Shown here: in pieces, positions 27,716-36,474 of the stretch
Layout: each line of letters starts with the position of its first letter
Position numbering within the stretch: position 1 is the first letter of the stretch
Origin: an uncultured Gammaproteobacteria bacterium
GTDB lineage: Bacteria > Pseudomonadota > Gammaproteobacteria > Steroidobacterales > Steroidobacteraceae
Reading direction: 5' to 3'
Assembly: GCA_963801865.1 (NCBI GenBank)
Contig: CAWDGY010000008.1
Location: forward strand, 30,440-94,439
DNA: 64,000 nucleotides
The notes under the pieces: model-generated
Told to the model about the DNA's origin: nothing
Seen by the model: the letters and a program-made list of their open reading frames with translations, nothing else
Database searches by the model: none
Translations under genes and position numbers: made by a program

Positions 27716-29605
27716 CTAAGTCGCCGTGTAGGGCACCGATACGGTGCCGGTCTTCACGATTCCCGCATTGTTCGTATAGCTGAACCCCAGCATCAGCGTC
27801 CCGGTGCCGGCGGCGATGGGCGCGTAGGTGAGGGAGAGCTGACAACCGCTGCCGACGCTCACGCTCGCGCAGCTGAACGTGGTCGCCGTGCTGCTCCAGC
27901 CCGTGGGGAGGGTGGCTAATCCCGAGGTTATCGACAGACCGCTCGCGAGATTGCCGTCGTCGGTCGTGAACGTCACCGTGACGCCCGTGCTCGTGCCGCT
28001 CACGACGAGAAGCGGGTTCTGACTTGCCGTGCCGACCACGTTGTCGTTGGTCGTCGCGCGGTAGGGGATGTTGATTGAACCGGTCTTGGACTCACCCGCG
28101 TTATTCTTGTACGCATAGCCCAAGCTCAGCGTGCCGGCCGCCGCCGCCGGGGGAGCGTACGTCAATACGAGCTGGCAGCCGCTGCCGGAGCTGAGGCCGG
28201 CACAGCCAAACGTGCTGCCGGTACTGCTCCAGCCGGCAGGCAAGGTGGCGAGGCTGCTGGTCAGCTGCAATGCAGTGGCCGGCCGGCCATCGTCGGTCGT
28301 GAACGTGATGGACACCGTCTGGCTGCCCATGCCGACCACCGCATTGATCTGGCCGGACGGTGCCGCCGTCGCGACGACGTTGTCGTTCGTCGTCGCGGCG
28401 TAGGGGAGATTCAGCAATCCGGTCTGGGAGGCTCCGGCCGAGTCGGTGTAGGCGTAGCGCAGCGTGAGCGTGCCGCCGGTGAGCGCCGTCGGCGCGTAGG
28501 TCAAGGGCAGTAAACAGCCGTTGCCGGTGCTGACGCTGGCGCACGAGAAGCGGCTCGCCGTGCTGCTCCAGCCCGCGGGCAGCACCGACAAATCAGATAG
28601 CAGCGCCAACCCGGACGCCGGCTTGCCGTCGTCGGTGGTGAAGGTCACGGCGACCGCCTGTCCGCCGGCCTTTTCAATCGCATTGATCTGACCGGTCGGC
28701 GAAGCGGTGGCGACGATGGTGTTCGCGGAGGTCGCGGCGTAGCCGATGTTCACCGCCCCCGTCTTGACGGCGCCCGAATCGTCCGTGTAGCTATAGTTCA
28801 ACGTCAGCGTGCCGCGCCCCGAGGCGGTCGGCGCATAACTCAAGGGCAGTTGACAGCCGTTGCCGGTGCTCACGATGGCGCACGTTAGGCTCGTGGCCGT
28901 GCTGCTCCAGCCCGCCGGCAACGCGGCGAGGGTCGTGGTCAGCGACAGGCCGGTCGCGGCATTCTCATCATCGGTCGTGAAATTCACACTGATCGATTGC
29001 GAGCCCGCACCGACGATGGCGTTGATTTGCCCCGCCGGCGAGGTTGAGCCGATGACATTGTTGTGCGGAGTTGCCGCGTAGGCGACGGTTACGGACCCGC
29101 CGGGTGCTCGTGGAATGTTCGCGTTGTCGACGAAGATGTAGTTCAGCGTGAGCGTACCGCTGTCCACCGCCGTCGGAGCGTACGTGAGGTTGAGGACGCA
29201 GCTGCTGCCGGAACTCACCAAGGCACAGGTGAAGCTTCCCGGGCCGCTCCAGCCCGCCGGAAGAGACAAACTGCCCGAGATTCCGAAACCCGAGATCGCG
29301 AGTCCGTCGCTCGACGTGAAGGTGATGCCGATCGTCTGGCTCGCGCCGGTTACGACCGATACGGCGGGTACGGAGGGTGTGGCGACCACCGAATCTTGGG
29401 CACCCGTGATGCTGCCTTCGCCGCCGACGCCGCCCTTGGTCGTGCCGCCGCCGCCCCCGCCGGTTCCTCCGGTGCCGGACGCGACCGGATTCGTGCCGTA
29501 ATCGGATCCCACGCCGCTGCTGCCCCACGGAGAATCCATTTTGCACGCGGATAGCAGCAACAGCGAGCAAGCACCGAGGAGCAGTGAACGATGGAGCAGC
29601 TGCAT
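27716..29605 (-). CDS. Lipoprotein made of a Gly-rich linker plus five tandem ~113-aa Cys-pair repeats (unknown family)
   Basis: Lipobox LLLLSAC, then linker GTGGTGGGGGGTTKGGVGGEG. Five repeats each contain ..GQINA..G.GSQ.V.VTFTTDDG.PA..L.L.S.L..LPAGWSST...F.CA.VS.G.GC.L.LTYAP.A..GTL.L.Y.Y....G..KTG..N..Y.AT. Confidence 0.85.
   Translation of the reverse strand: MQLLHRSLLLGACSLLLLSACKMDSPWGSSGVGSDYGTNPVASGTGGTGGGGGGTTKGGVGGEGSITGAQDSVVATPSVPAVSVVTGASQTIGITFTSSDGLAISGFGISGSLSLPAGWSGPGSFTCALVSSGSSCVLNLTYAPTAVDSGTLTLNYIFVDNANIPRAPGGSVTVAYAATPHNNVIGSTSPAGQINAIVGAGSQSISVNFTTDDENAATGLSLTTTLAALPAGWSSTATSLTCAIVSTGNGCQLPLSYAPTASGRGTLTLNYSYTDDSGAVKTGAVNIGYAATSANTIVATASPTGQINAIEKAGGQAVAVTFTTDDGKPASGLALLSDLSVLPAGWSSTASRFSCASVSTGNGCLLPLTYAPTALTGGTLTLRYAYTDSAGASQTGLLNLPYAATTNDNVVATAAPSGQINAVVGMGSQTVSITFTTDDGRPATALQLTSSLATLPAGWSSTGSTFGCAGLSSGSGCQLVLTYAPPAAAAGTLSLGYAYKNNAGESKTGSINIPYRATTNDNVVGTASQNPLLVVSGTSTGVTVTFTTDDGNLASGLSITSGLATLPTGWSSTATTFSCASVSVGSGCQLSLTYAPIAAGTGTLMLGFSYTNNAGIVKTGTVSVPYTAT
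27719..29395 (-). repeat. Five in-frame tandem coding repeats, period about 333-342 nt
   Basis: LP(A/T)GWS recurs at aa 115, 229, 342, 455 and 566 of the 629-aa product, a spacing of 114, 113, 113 and 111 aa. Confidence 0.85.
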
Positions 29606-29868
29606 ATCCCTAACCTCAGTCGCCCGCCTCGACGGGAGTTCGAAGAGATCAAAAGCTATGCTGCGCGCCGCGGCGGCGGCGTTAATTGCATCACACTATC
29701 GACGGGGAGCGTCGGACGGGCCGCGTGCGATGAGCGCAGCCGTGGTTTTTAGCACACAAACGCTTACACATTGTTAAGTATGCGCTGCGGCGGCAGCGCG
29801 GCGCGCTTGGTTGAGCGCGGCACGGTCGAGCGCCAGCTAGCGCTTGAGCGCAGCGCGCGCTCGAGCAG

Positions 29869-32076
29869 CTAGCGGTACTTCGCTTTTGCGTCGAGCAGGC
29901 GCGAGTCCACGAATGCGGGCTTTGTCCCGCCGATGCTGAGCAATGAGGCCAATTGCGGTGCGAGCACCGGGCGGGCGAAATAGAACCCCTGTCCTTCGGG
30001 GCAATGATGGGCTTGCAGAAAGGCGAGCTGCTCGCGCGTCTGGATCCCTTCGGCGACGACGCTCATGTTGAGGCTGCGCCCCATGTTGATCACTGCGCTG
30101 ACGATGCTTGCATCGTCGGAGTCCGAGGTCATATCGCGCACGAACGATTGATCGATTTTCAGCGTATCGATCGGAAAGAGCTTCATGAAGCTCAAGCTCG
30201 AGTACCCGGTGCCGAAATCATCGAGCGCGATCTTCACGCCGATGGCTTTCAGGGCGCGCAGAATATCCGCGGTGGACTTCCAGTCCTGAAGCATGAAGGT
30301 CTCGGTCAATTCTATTTCGAGAAAACGTGGCTCGAGGCGCGATCTGCGCAGGATGTCGCGCACGCCGTCCAGGAAATCCTTGGCCCGCAGCTCCACGGCG
30401 GAAATGTTGATCGCGACGACGATCGGCGCGAGCCCGGCATCCATCCACGCGCGCGCTTGACGGCAAGCCTCCTCCAGCACCCAACGCCCGATGCGCAAAA
30501 TGAGACCCGACTCCTCGGCAATCGGAATGAATTGCGCGGGTTGAACCAGACCGCGCTGCGGGCGCTGCCAGCGAATCAACGCTTCGACCCCCGATATGGC
30601 CCCGGTCGCGAGGTTGACCTTGGGCTGGTAATTCAGGAGAAACTCCTGCCGGTCGATGGCACTGCGCAAATCCGTTTCGACCGCTTGACGCTCGATCGCG
30701 TTGGCGTTCATTTCCGGCTTGAAGAACTGATAGTTGTTGCGGCCGCTGTATTTCGCCTGATACATGGCGAAATCCGCATTCTTCAGCAGCGTCTCCGCGT
30801 CCGCGGCGTCATCGGGATAGGTCGCGATGCCGATGCTCGCCGTGAGGCGCAACTCGTGCTCGCCGATTCGATGCGGCGCCTCCAAAGCCTGGATGATCTT
30901 GTCCGCGCAAACGGCGGCATCGTGCGCATGGACCACATCGGCGAGCAGAATCAAAAATTCGTCGCCGCCTTGCCGGCTTACCGTGTCGGAACTGCGTACG
31001 CAGGCGAGGAGTCTGCGTGCAACGGAGCGCAGCAACTCATCGCCGATCGCGTGGCCGAGGGAGTCATTGATGTGCTTGAAGCGATCCAAGTCGATGAACA
31101 GCAGCGCGACCGAGCTGCCGCTGCGCTGTGCCCGCATGATGGCCTGCTCGAGCCGATCGCTCAACAGGGTGCGATTGGGCACATCGGTGAGGCTGTCGTG
31201 CAACGCCAGCCGCGCCAGCTTGTGCGAGAGCTCCCGCGCCGCGGTTACATCGTGCGCCACCATCACCGCTCCTATGACGCCGCCCTGGCGATCGTGGATC
31301 GGCGCCGCGGAGGCTTCCACGGCGAGTTCCACGCCGTCGCGCCGGATGAGCACGCAGTCGGTTTCCAGGCCGAGGGTCTTATCCTCGATGATGGCTCGCG
31401 TCGACGGACTGTGGACCTTCTCGCGAGCCGCCGCGTCGACGAGCTGAAACACATCGTCCAGCACGCACCCGGCGGCCTGCGCCTGTGTCCATCCCGTCAT
31501 CTTCTCGGCCACCACGTTCAAATACGTGACGTGTCCGCGAAAGTTGCTGCTGATGACGGCATCGCCGATCGAGTTGAGCGTGACTTGGGCGCGCTCCTTT
31601 TCCTCGAACAACGCCTCGGCGTTCTCTGCCCGCGACTCTTCGCTGGTTTGCAGCGCGCGCTCCACGGCGCGCCGGCTGCTGATGTCTCGAAATACGATGA
31701 CCGCGCCGGTGAAGTGCTCGCGGCGGTCGCGCAGCGGCACTGCGCTGTATTCGATGGCCACCCGGCCGGAACGCGCGTTCAATACGGCCGCATGATTCGT
31801 CGGATGCGATCTGTTGGCGGGGTGGCGCAGAGACTCGATGGGATTTTCGATCGGTGTCCCGGCATCGTCGTCGTGAATGATCGAAAAGACGCGTTTCAGC
31901 GGGCGGCCGGCCGCATCGCTCATCGTCCATCCGGACAGCGATTCGGCGATGCGGTTCAAATAGGTGATGCGGCCGCGTGCATCGGTGGTGATGACGGCGT
32001 CGACGATGTTCGCGAGTGCCACCTCGAAGTGCGCTCGTTGAGCTTCGACGTCGTCCCCTCCGGTAGCGGAACCCAC
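29869..32076 (-). CDS. PAS-PAS-GGDEF-EAL c-di-GMP turnover protein
   Basis: Two PAS modules (..DAVITTDARGRITYLN.., ..DAVISSNFRGHVTYLN..). RSSD I-site plus GGDEF. EAL domain with GVEALIRW and DDFGTGYSSL. Confidence 0.9.
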   Translation of the reverse strand: MGSATGGDDVEAQRAHFEVALANIVDAVITTDARGRITYLNRIAESLSGWTMSDAAGRPLKRVFSIIHDDDAGTPIENPIESLRHPANRSHPTNHAAVLNARSGRVAIEYSAVPLRDRREHFTGAVIVFRDISSRRAVERALQTSEESRAENAEALFEEKERAQVTLNSIGDAVISSNFRGHVTYLNVVAEKMTGWTQAQAAGCVLDDVFQLVDAAAREKVHSPSTRAIIEDKTLGLETDCVLIRRDGVELAVEASAAPIHDRQGGVIGAVMVAHDVTAARELSHKLARLALHDSLTDVPNRTLLSDRLEQAIMRAQRSGSSVALLFIDLDRFKHINDSLGHAIGDELLRSVARRLLACVRSSDTVSRQGGDEFLILLADVVHAHDAAVCADKIIQALEAPHRIGEHELRLTASIGIATYPDDAADAETLLKNADFAMYQAKYSGRNNYQFFKPEMNANAIERQAVETDLRSAIDRQEFLLNYQPKVNLATGAISGVEALIRWQRPQRGLVQPAQFIPIAEESGLILRIGRWVLEEACRQARAWMDAGLAPIVVAINISAVELRAKDFLDGVRDILRRSRLEPRFLEIELTETFMLQDWKSTADILRALKAIGVKIALDDFGTGYSSLSFMKLFPIDTLKIDQSFVRDMTSDSDDASIVSAVINMGRSLNMSVVAEGIQTREQLAFLQAHHCPEGQGFYFARPVLAPQLASLLSIGGTKPAFVDSRLLDAKAKYR

Positions 32077-32243
32077 AGTCGGTCAGCCGATTGGCGCGTG
32101 TGACGCCGCGTACACGCACGAAACCCTTGTCGGTACCATCGATTCAGCCTACACAGAAAAATCGTCGGGATTAATCGGCAAGCGCCTCATCGGCCGTAGG
32201 ATGCGGCTGACATCGTGTGAGGGCAATGACGTAAACTGCGCCC

Positions 32244-33095
32244 ATGGTCCAATTCCTATCGCGGCTGCCGATGCGGGCGCTGTACGCGTTCTCGAGTTTT
32301 CTATACTTTCTCGCCTATTACGTCGTGCGTCATCGGCATCTCGTGATCCGTGAGCAGCTGCTCAAGGTGTTTCCGGCCACGTCCGAGGCCGAGCGCGCGG
32401 CCATCCATCGGCGCTTCCTGAAGAATTTCTGCGACGTCATGATGGAGGTGCTGAAATCTGCATCGCTGAGCCCTGAGGCGATGAGCGCGAGAGTCAACAT
32501 TCTCAACTTGCCGCTCGCCCGCGGCTACCTGAACGCCGGCCAATCGGTCATGTTCGTGACTTCGCACCTGTGCAACTGGGAATGGCTTCTGCAAGGGGTC
32601 GCGCTGCAGCTTGGGTATCCTCTCGATGCGGCCTACAAGCCCTTGCACGATGCCTGGGCGGAGCGCTTGATGCTCAAGATCCGCTCACGCTTCGGAGCGC
32701 GGCTGGTGCCGGCCAAGGAGCTGCTCGCCGATTTCCTGCGCCGCCGCGGCGTCGTACGTGCAGTCGCCATGAATGCGGACCAGGCGCCCGTGTCGACCGA
32801 CAAGCGCTACTGGACGCAGTTCCTCGGTCAGGACACCGCCTTCTACGTCGGCGCCGAACAGATCGCGCGAGGCACCCGATTGCCCATCATGTATCTGGTG
32901 ATGCGGCGGGTGCGTCGCGGCCATTACGAGGTCGAACTGCGGCAGTTATGGGACGGCCGCGAAACGCTGCCTGCGAACGCCATCACCGAGCGCTATGCGC
33001 GGGCCTGCGAGCTCGACGTGCTCAAGTCCCCAGCCGATTGGCTGTGGTCGTACCGGCGCTGGCGGTTGAAGAAGCCCTTGTATGGTGCCGACTGA
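32244..33095 (+). CDS. LpxL/LpxM-family (lipid A late) acyltransferase
   Basis: N-terminal membrane anchor, HX4E catalytic motif in VTSHLCNWEW, and a length of about 283 aa. C-terminal ...DWLWSYRRWRLK... is as in lauroyl/myristoyl acyltransferases. Confidence 0.75.
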   Translation: MVQFLSRLPMRALYAFSSFLYFLAYYVVRHRHLVIREQLLKVFPATSEAERAAIHRRFLKNFCDVMMEVLKSASLSPEAMSARVNILNLPLARGYLNAGQSVMFVTSHLCNWEWLLQGVALQLGYPLDAAYKPLHDAWAERLMLKIRSRFGARLVPAKELLADFLRRRGVVRAVAMNADQAPVSTDKRYWTQFLGQDTAFYVGAEQIARGTRLPIMYLVMRRVRRGHYEVELRQLWDGRETLPANAITERYARACELDVLKSPADWLWSYRRWRLKKPLYGAD

Positions 33096-33104
33096 ACGGC
33101 CTGT

Positions 33105-35096
33105 CTACGTCGCTGCCGGCTTGACGCCCGGCGGCTGGAGCGCCGATTGCTTCAGCTTTGCTTCCAAGTGCTTCGCCAGATCCGCGATGGTCGGGTGATC
33201 GAAAAGCTCCGTGAGATCGATGAGACCCGGGAACTCGCGGTCGATGTTCTCGTGAATCTCGATCAGCTTGAGCGAACTGGCCCCGATCTCGAATAGGTTG
33301 TCGTTCACCTCGATCCGCTTTCCCGGCAACGCGTTTTCACAGATCGACTGAAGCTGGGCTTCGAGCTCCGAACCGGTGACGTGAGCTCCGGCATGCGACT
33401 CGCGCAGCTTCTGCAGCGCGGCCAATTCGGCGTCGAATTCGCCCTCGATGTGCGCGACCTCCAACAGATGCCTCTGAACTTTGCCGCTCGTGGTCTTCGG
33501 TATCCGTTTCACCGGGATGACCTGCGCCACCTCGAGTCCGGTGTGCTCATTGATGAGGCGGCTGACGGCGGCGGCGATGGGCAGAAACTCCTCGGTGCTG
33601 CCGCGATGCAGGACGAACACCACCAGCTCTTCGCCCGCGGCGCCCGGCTTGGCGATGCCGGCGGCCACGACTTTGTTCAGATCCAGGCCCGGCGCACGCT
33701 GGGCGATGTTCTCGAGGTCGTAAGGGTAGTAATTCTGGCCGTTGATGAAGATGATTTCCTTGCTGCGGCCGGTGATGTACAGATCACCCTCATGCAGGAC
33801 ACCGACATCGCCGGTATCGACCCAGCCGTCGGCGCCGATGGCGAGGGCGGTCGCCTCGGGATCGCCGAAATAGCCGCGGGTGACGCTCGGGCCGCGGATC
33901 AAAATGTGTCCCACCTGCTCCTCCGGAACGGCGGCGCGCTGCTCATCCGCGATGCGCAATTCCGTGTTCGGAACGACTCGTCCGACGCACATCAATTCGA
34001 TGGCATCGCGCGGATCGGCGGGGTTCACCTCGATGGTGGCTCCGATCCCGAGCTTGTGCCGGTTGGCGCGAATCCAGCGGTAGTCGGCGCCGAGTTCAGG
34101 GAACGTGACGGCGAGACAGGCTTCCGCGAGCCCATACACCGGATACATCGCGCGATGCGCCAGTCCGGTGTAGGCGAGGGCCTGCATGAACTCATTGCAC
34201 AGCTGCACCGAGATCGGCTCGGCGCCGTTGTAAATCGAGCGGATGGACGACAGGTCGACATTCTCCAGCCGGCGATTGCCCAACACCTTGAGAAAATGGC
34301 GATAGCCGAAATTCGGCGAACAGGTGAGAGTCACGCGCTTGTTCGATGCCAGCTGCAACCACAGCAGCGGACGCCGCACGAAGAGGTCTGTCGGCATCAA
34401 GTTGACGTGCGCGCGATTGGCGAATTGCACCAGATAGAAGCCGATCAGACCCATGTCGTGGGTGAGCGGCATCCAGCTCAAGGTCACGTCCTGATCGCTG
34501 TACTTGCCGACGGCCGTGGCACCCGTGATGTTCGCGAGCAAGTTGCCGTGAGTGAGCATGACGCCCTTCGGTTCGCTGGTCGAGCCGGAGGAGAATTGGA
34601 TGAAGGCGAGATCCTCCGCGCTCGGGCGATGCAGCTTCCCCGCCCGCGAGATGTCGGTGATCGATTCGACCAGGAAGGAGCGTGCCTTGAGCTCGGTGAA
34701 CAGCGCCGTCTCTCCGACCTGTTCCGCCAGGACCTGAAGGCGCTCCAGGCTCTTTGCATCCGTGTACAGCAGCGGCTTGCCGAGCTTGCGCGCCACGCGC
34801 AGCAGCTTGTGCCGGTGCTCGTCGCTGATGCCGACGGCCAGCGGTACCGGCACGATGCCGCCGCACACGGCGGCCCAGAAGCCGTCGAGGAACTGCTCGT
34901 TGTTGCTGAGGAAGATGATCAGCTTGTCGCCGCGCTGCGCGCCGATGGCTTGCAGGTGGTGCAGGATGCCGACGGCTCGCGAAAATACGTCGCCGTATTT
35001 CACGCGCCGCTCGGCGTTCTCGCCTTCGACGTAGGTCACGGCGCGATCCACATCGCGGTTGTTCTCGAGAATGTCGAGCAGGGTCGTTTGCGTCAT
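33105..35096 (-). CDS. Fatty-acyl-AMP ligase (FAAL) fused to an acyl/peptidyl carrier domain
   Basis: Start moved to the ATG at 35096 (MTQTTLLDILENN...), which overlaps the P450 stop as ATGA. Adenylation motifs FSSGSTSEPKG, SPNFGY (FAAL-like), YGLAE, TGD, and the Lys in KTTSGKVQR. C-terminal carrier domain has its Ser in LFEIGASSLKLIE. The listed 839-aa ORF is an antisense-overlapping extension. Confidence 0.85.
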   Translation of the reverse strand: MTQTTLLDILENNRDVDRAVTYVEGENAERRVKYGDVFSRAVGILHHLQAIGAQRGDKLIIFLSNNEQFLDGFWAAVCGGIVPVPLAVGISDEHRHKLLRVARKLGKPLLYTDAKSLERLQVLAEQVGETALFTELKARSFLVESITDISRAGKLHRPSAEDLAFIQFSSGSTSEPKGVMLTHGNLLANITGATAVGKYSDQDVTLSWMPLTHDMGLIGFYLVQFANRAHVNLMPTDLFVRRPLLWLQLASNKRVTLTCSPNFGYRHFLKVLGNRRLENVDLSSIRSIYNGAEPISVQLCNEFMQALAYTGLAHRAMYPVYGLAEACLAVTFPELGADYRWIRANRHKLGIGATIEVNPADPRDAIELMCVGRVVPNTELRIADEQRAAVPEEQVGHILIRGPSVTRGYFGDPEATALAIGADGWVDTGDVGVLHEGDLYITGRSKEIIFINGQNYYPYDLENIAQRAPGLDLNKVVAAGIAKPGAAGEELVVFVLHRGSTEEFLPIAAAVSRLINEHTGLEVAQVIPVKRIPKTTSGKVQRHLLEVAHIEGEFDAELAALQKLRESHAGAHVTGSELEAQLQSICENALPGKRIEVNDNLFEIGASSLKLIEIHENIDREFPGLIDLTELFDHPTIADLAKHLEAKLKQSALQPPGVKPAAT

Positions 35097-36388
35097 CTTT
35101 CGGTCACTTGCATCATGAGATTGGAGCGCGGTCGCAGGTTGATTTGCGCCTCGAGCTCGATCGGTTCGTCGCCGAGGCGGGTCAAACGAAAGCGGCGCAC
35201 CATGCGATTCACGTGCACCAGCATTTCGAACATGGCCATGTTCTCCCCGATGCAGTGGCGCGGGCCGACGGAAAAGGGAATGTAGGCGAAGCGGTGCCGC
35301 TCCTTGGCGTCCACCCCGGCGAAGCGCTCGGGCCGGAATTCCTCGGCCTCGCTCCAGAACGCGGGGTGGCGGTGCAAGGTGTAGGGACTGATGAACACAT
35401 CCGTGCGCGCCGGCACGGCAAAGCCCCCAAGCTCGTCGGCCTCCACGGTGCGGCGCGTGAACAGCCAACCGGGCGGATAGAGGCGCAGCGCCTCCTGCAG
35501 CACTTGGTGGGTGAATGCGAGCGATTCGGCGGCGTCGAGACTCAGGGTGTCCCGCGTCGTCCGGTCCGCTTCGGCCTCGAGCTGCGCCGTCGTTTCCGGA
35601 TGCTGGGCGATGAGGTACCAGCACCAGGTGAGCGCCGCGGCGGTGGTCTCATGGCCGGCGACGATCAACGTCAAGACCTCGTCGATCATCTCCTTGTCGC
35701 TCATCGCGGTGCTGTTGTCCCGGTCGCGCGCCGCCATCAGCATGCTCAGGAAATCGAACCGCTCCTCGGGTTCGCGACGGCGGCGTTCGATCAGCTCCGC
35801 CACGAGCTTGGTGAGCGAACGAAAGCGAAATGCGAACTTCAGATCCCGATTCTGTTCCTTGGCGACGACTTCGAACGGATTTGCCCCCAATTGGCGTTCG
35901 AGACGCTCCAGATCACTGCCGAATATCGAGCGCAGCACGATCTGCAGCGTGAGCTCGCTGACATCGTCCGTGATGTTCACCGCCCCGCCCCGTGCGGCCT
36001 GCGTGGCCCAGCGCTCGGCGAACCGCTCGTTGACCTCATGGATCAAGCCGCTGAAGCGATCGATGACTCGCCGATGAAAGCAAGGCTGCATCATGCGGCG
36101 CTGCCGCCGCCAAAAGTCGCCCTCGCTGGTCATGATCCCGTTGCCCAGGAGGATCTTGACCCGATCCATGCCTTCGCCCTTCGTGTAATTGCGGTGATTC
36201 GACAACAGCACGTGTTTGATGTCGTCGGGATGGTTGATGACGTAATTAAACACGCCGCGGCCGGGAGCGAAAACGCGGTAGACGTCGCCGAAGCGCGAAA
36301 AATACTCGCGCAGCCGGGCCAATGATTCTTCGCTCCCGCCGAGGTCGAAGCCCTCGGCAGGGCCTGGGGGAAGGGCCACTGTTTGCAT
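35093..36388 (-). CDS. Cytochrome P450 (class with PPGP N-terminus, CYP4/CYP102-like)
   Basis: Start moved to the ATG at 36388 (MQTVALPPGP...). I-helix AGHETTA, ExxR in QEALRLYPP, and haem loop FSVGPRHCIG. Confidence 0.88.
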   Translation of the reverse strand: MQTVALPPGPAEGFDLGGSEESLARLREYFSRFGDVYRVFAPGRGVFNYVINHPDDIKHVLLSNHRNYTKGEGMDRVKILLGNGIMTSEGDFWRRQRRMMQPCFHRRVIDRFSGLIHEVNERFAERWATQAARGGAVNITDDVSELTLQIVLRSIFGSDLERLERQLGANPFEVVAKEQNRDLKFAFRFRSLTKLVAELIERRRREPEERFDFLSMLMAARDRDNSTAMSDKEMIDEVLTLIVAGHETTAAALTWCWYLIAQHPETTAQLEAEADRTTRDTLSLDAAESLAFTHQVLQEALRLYPPGWLFTRRTVEADELGGFAVPARTDVFISPYTLHRHPAFWSEAEEFRPERFAGVDAKERHRFAYIPFSVGPRHCIGENMAMFEMLVHVNRMVRRFRLTRLGDEPIELEAQINLRPRSNLMMQVTER

Positions 36389-36474
36389 CGGCGCATTGTA
36401 GCGTAGCTGGACTGGCCTGCAGGCCGCACACGCTGTGCGTGACCGCTTTGCGTAGGCTTGCGCGGCGCGCGACA

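Noticed and set aside
27719-29395. Possible CRISPR-like or non-coding tandem array
   Set aside because: The roughly 340-nt period is in-frame within one long ORF that has a lipoprotein signal, and the units differ mostly at the protein-tolerated level. There is no short repeat/spacer architecture.
29953-32103. 716-aa ORF on the plus strand
   Set aside because: It is antisense to the PAS-GGDEF-EAL gene, whose motifs are all intact. The ORF has no motifs of its own and a skewed Arg/Gly/Asp composition.
33381-35285. 634-aa ORF on the plus strand
   Set aside because: It is antisense to the FAAL-carrier gene, with the same compositional artefact.
35097-35624. N-terminal 176 aa of the listed 839-aa ORF 33105-35624
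   Set aside because: The extension runs through the 3' part of the P450 gene in another frame and is Arg/Pro/Gly-rich. The adenylation domain begins at MTQTTLLDIL, whose ATG overlaps the P450 stop (ATGA).
35108-36325. 405-aa ORF on the plus strand
   Set aside because: It is antisense to the P450 gene, which has I-helix, ExxR and haem-loop motifs.
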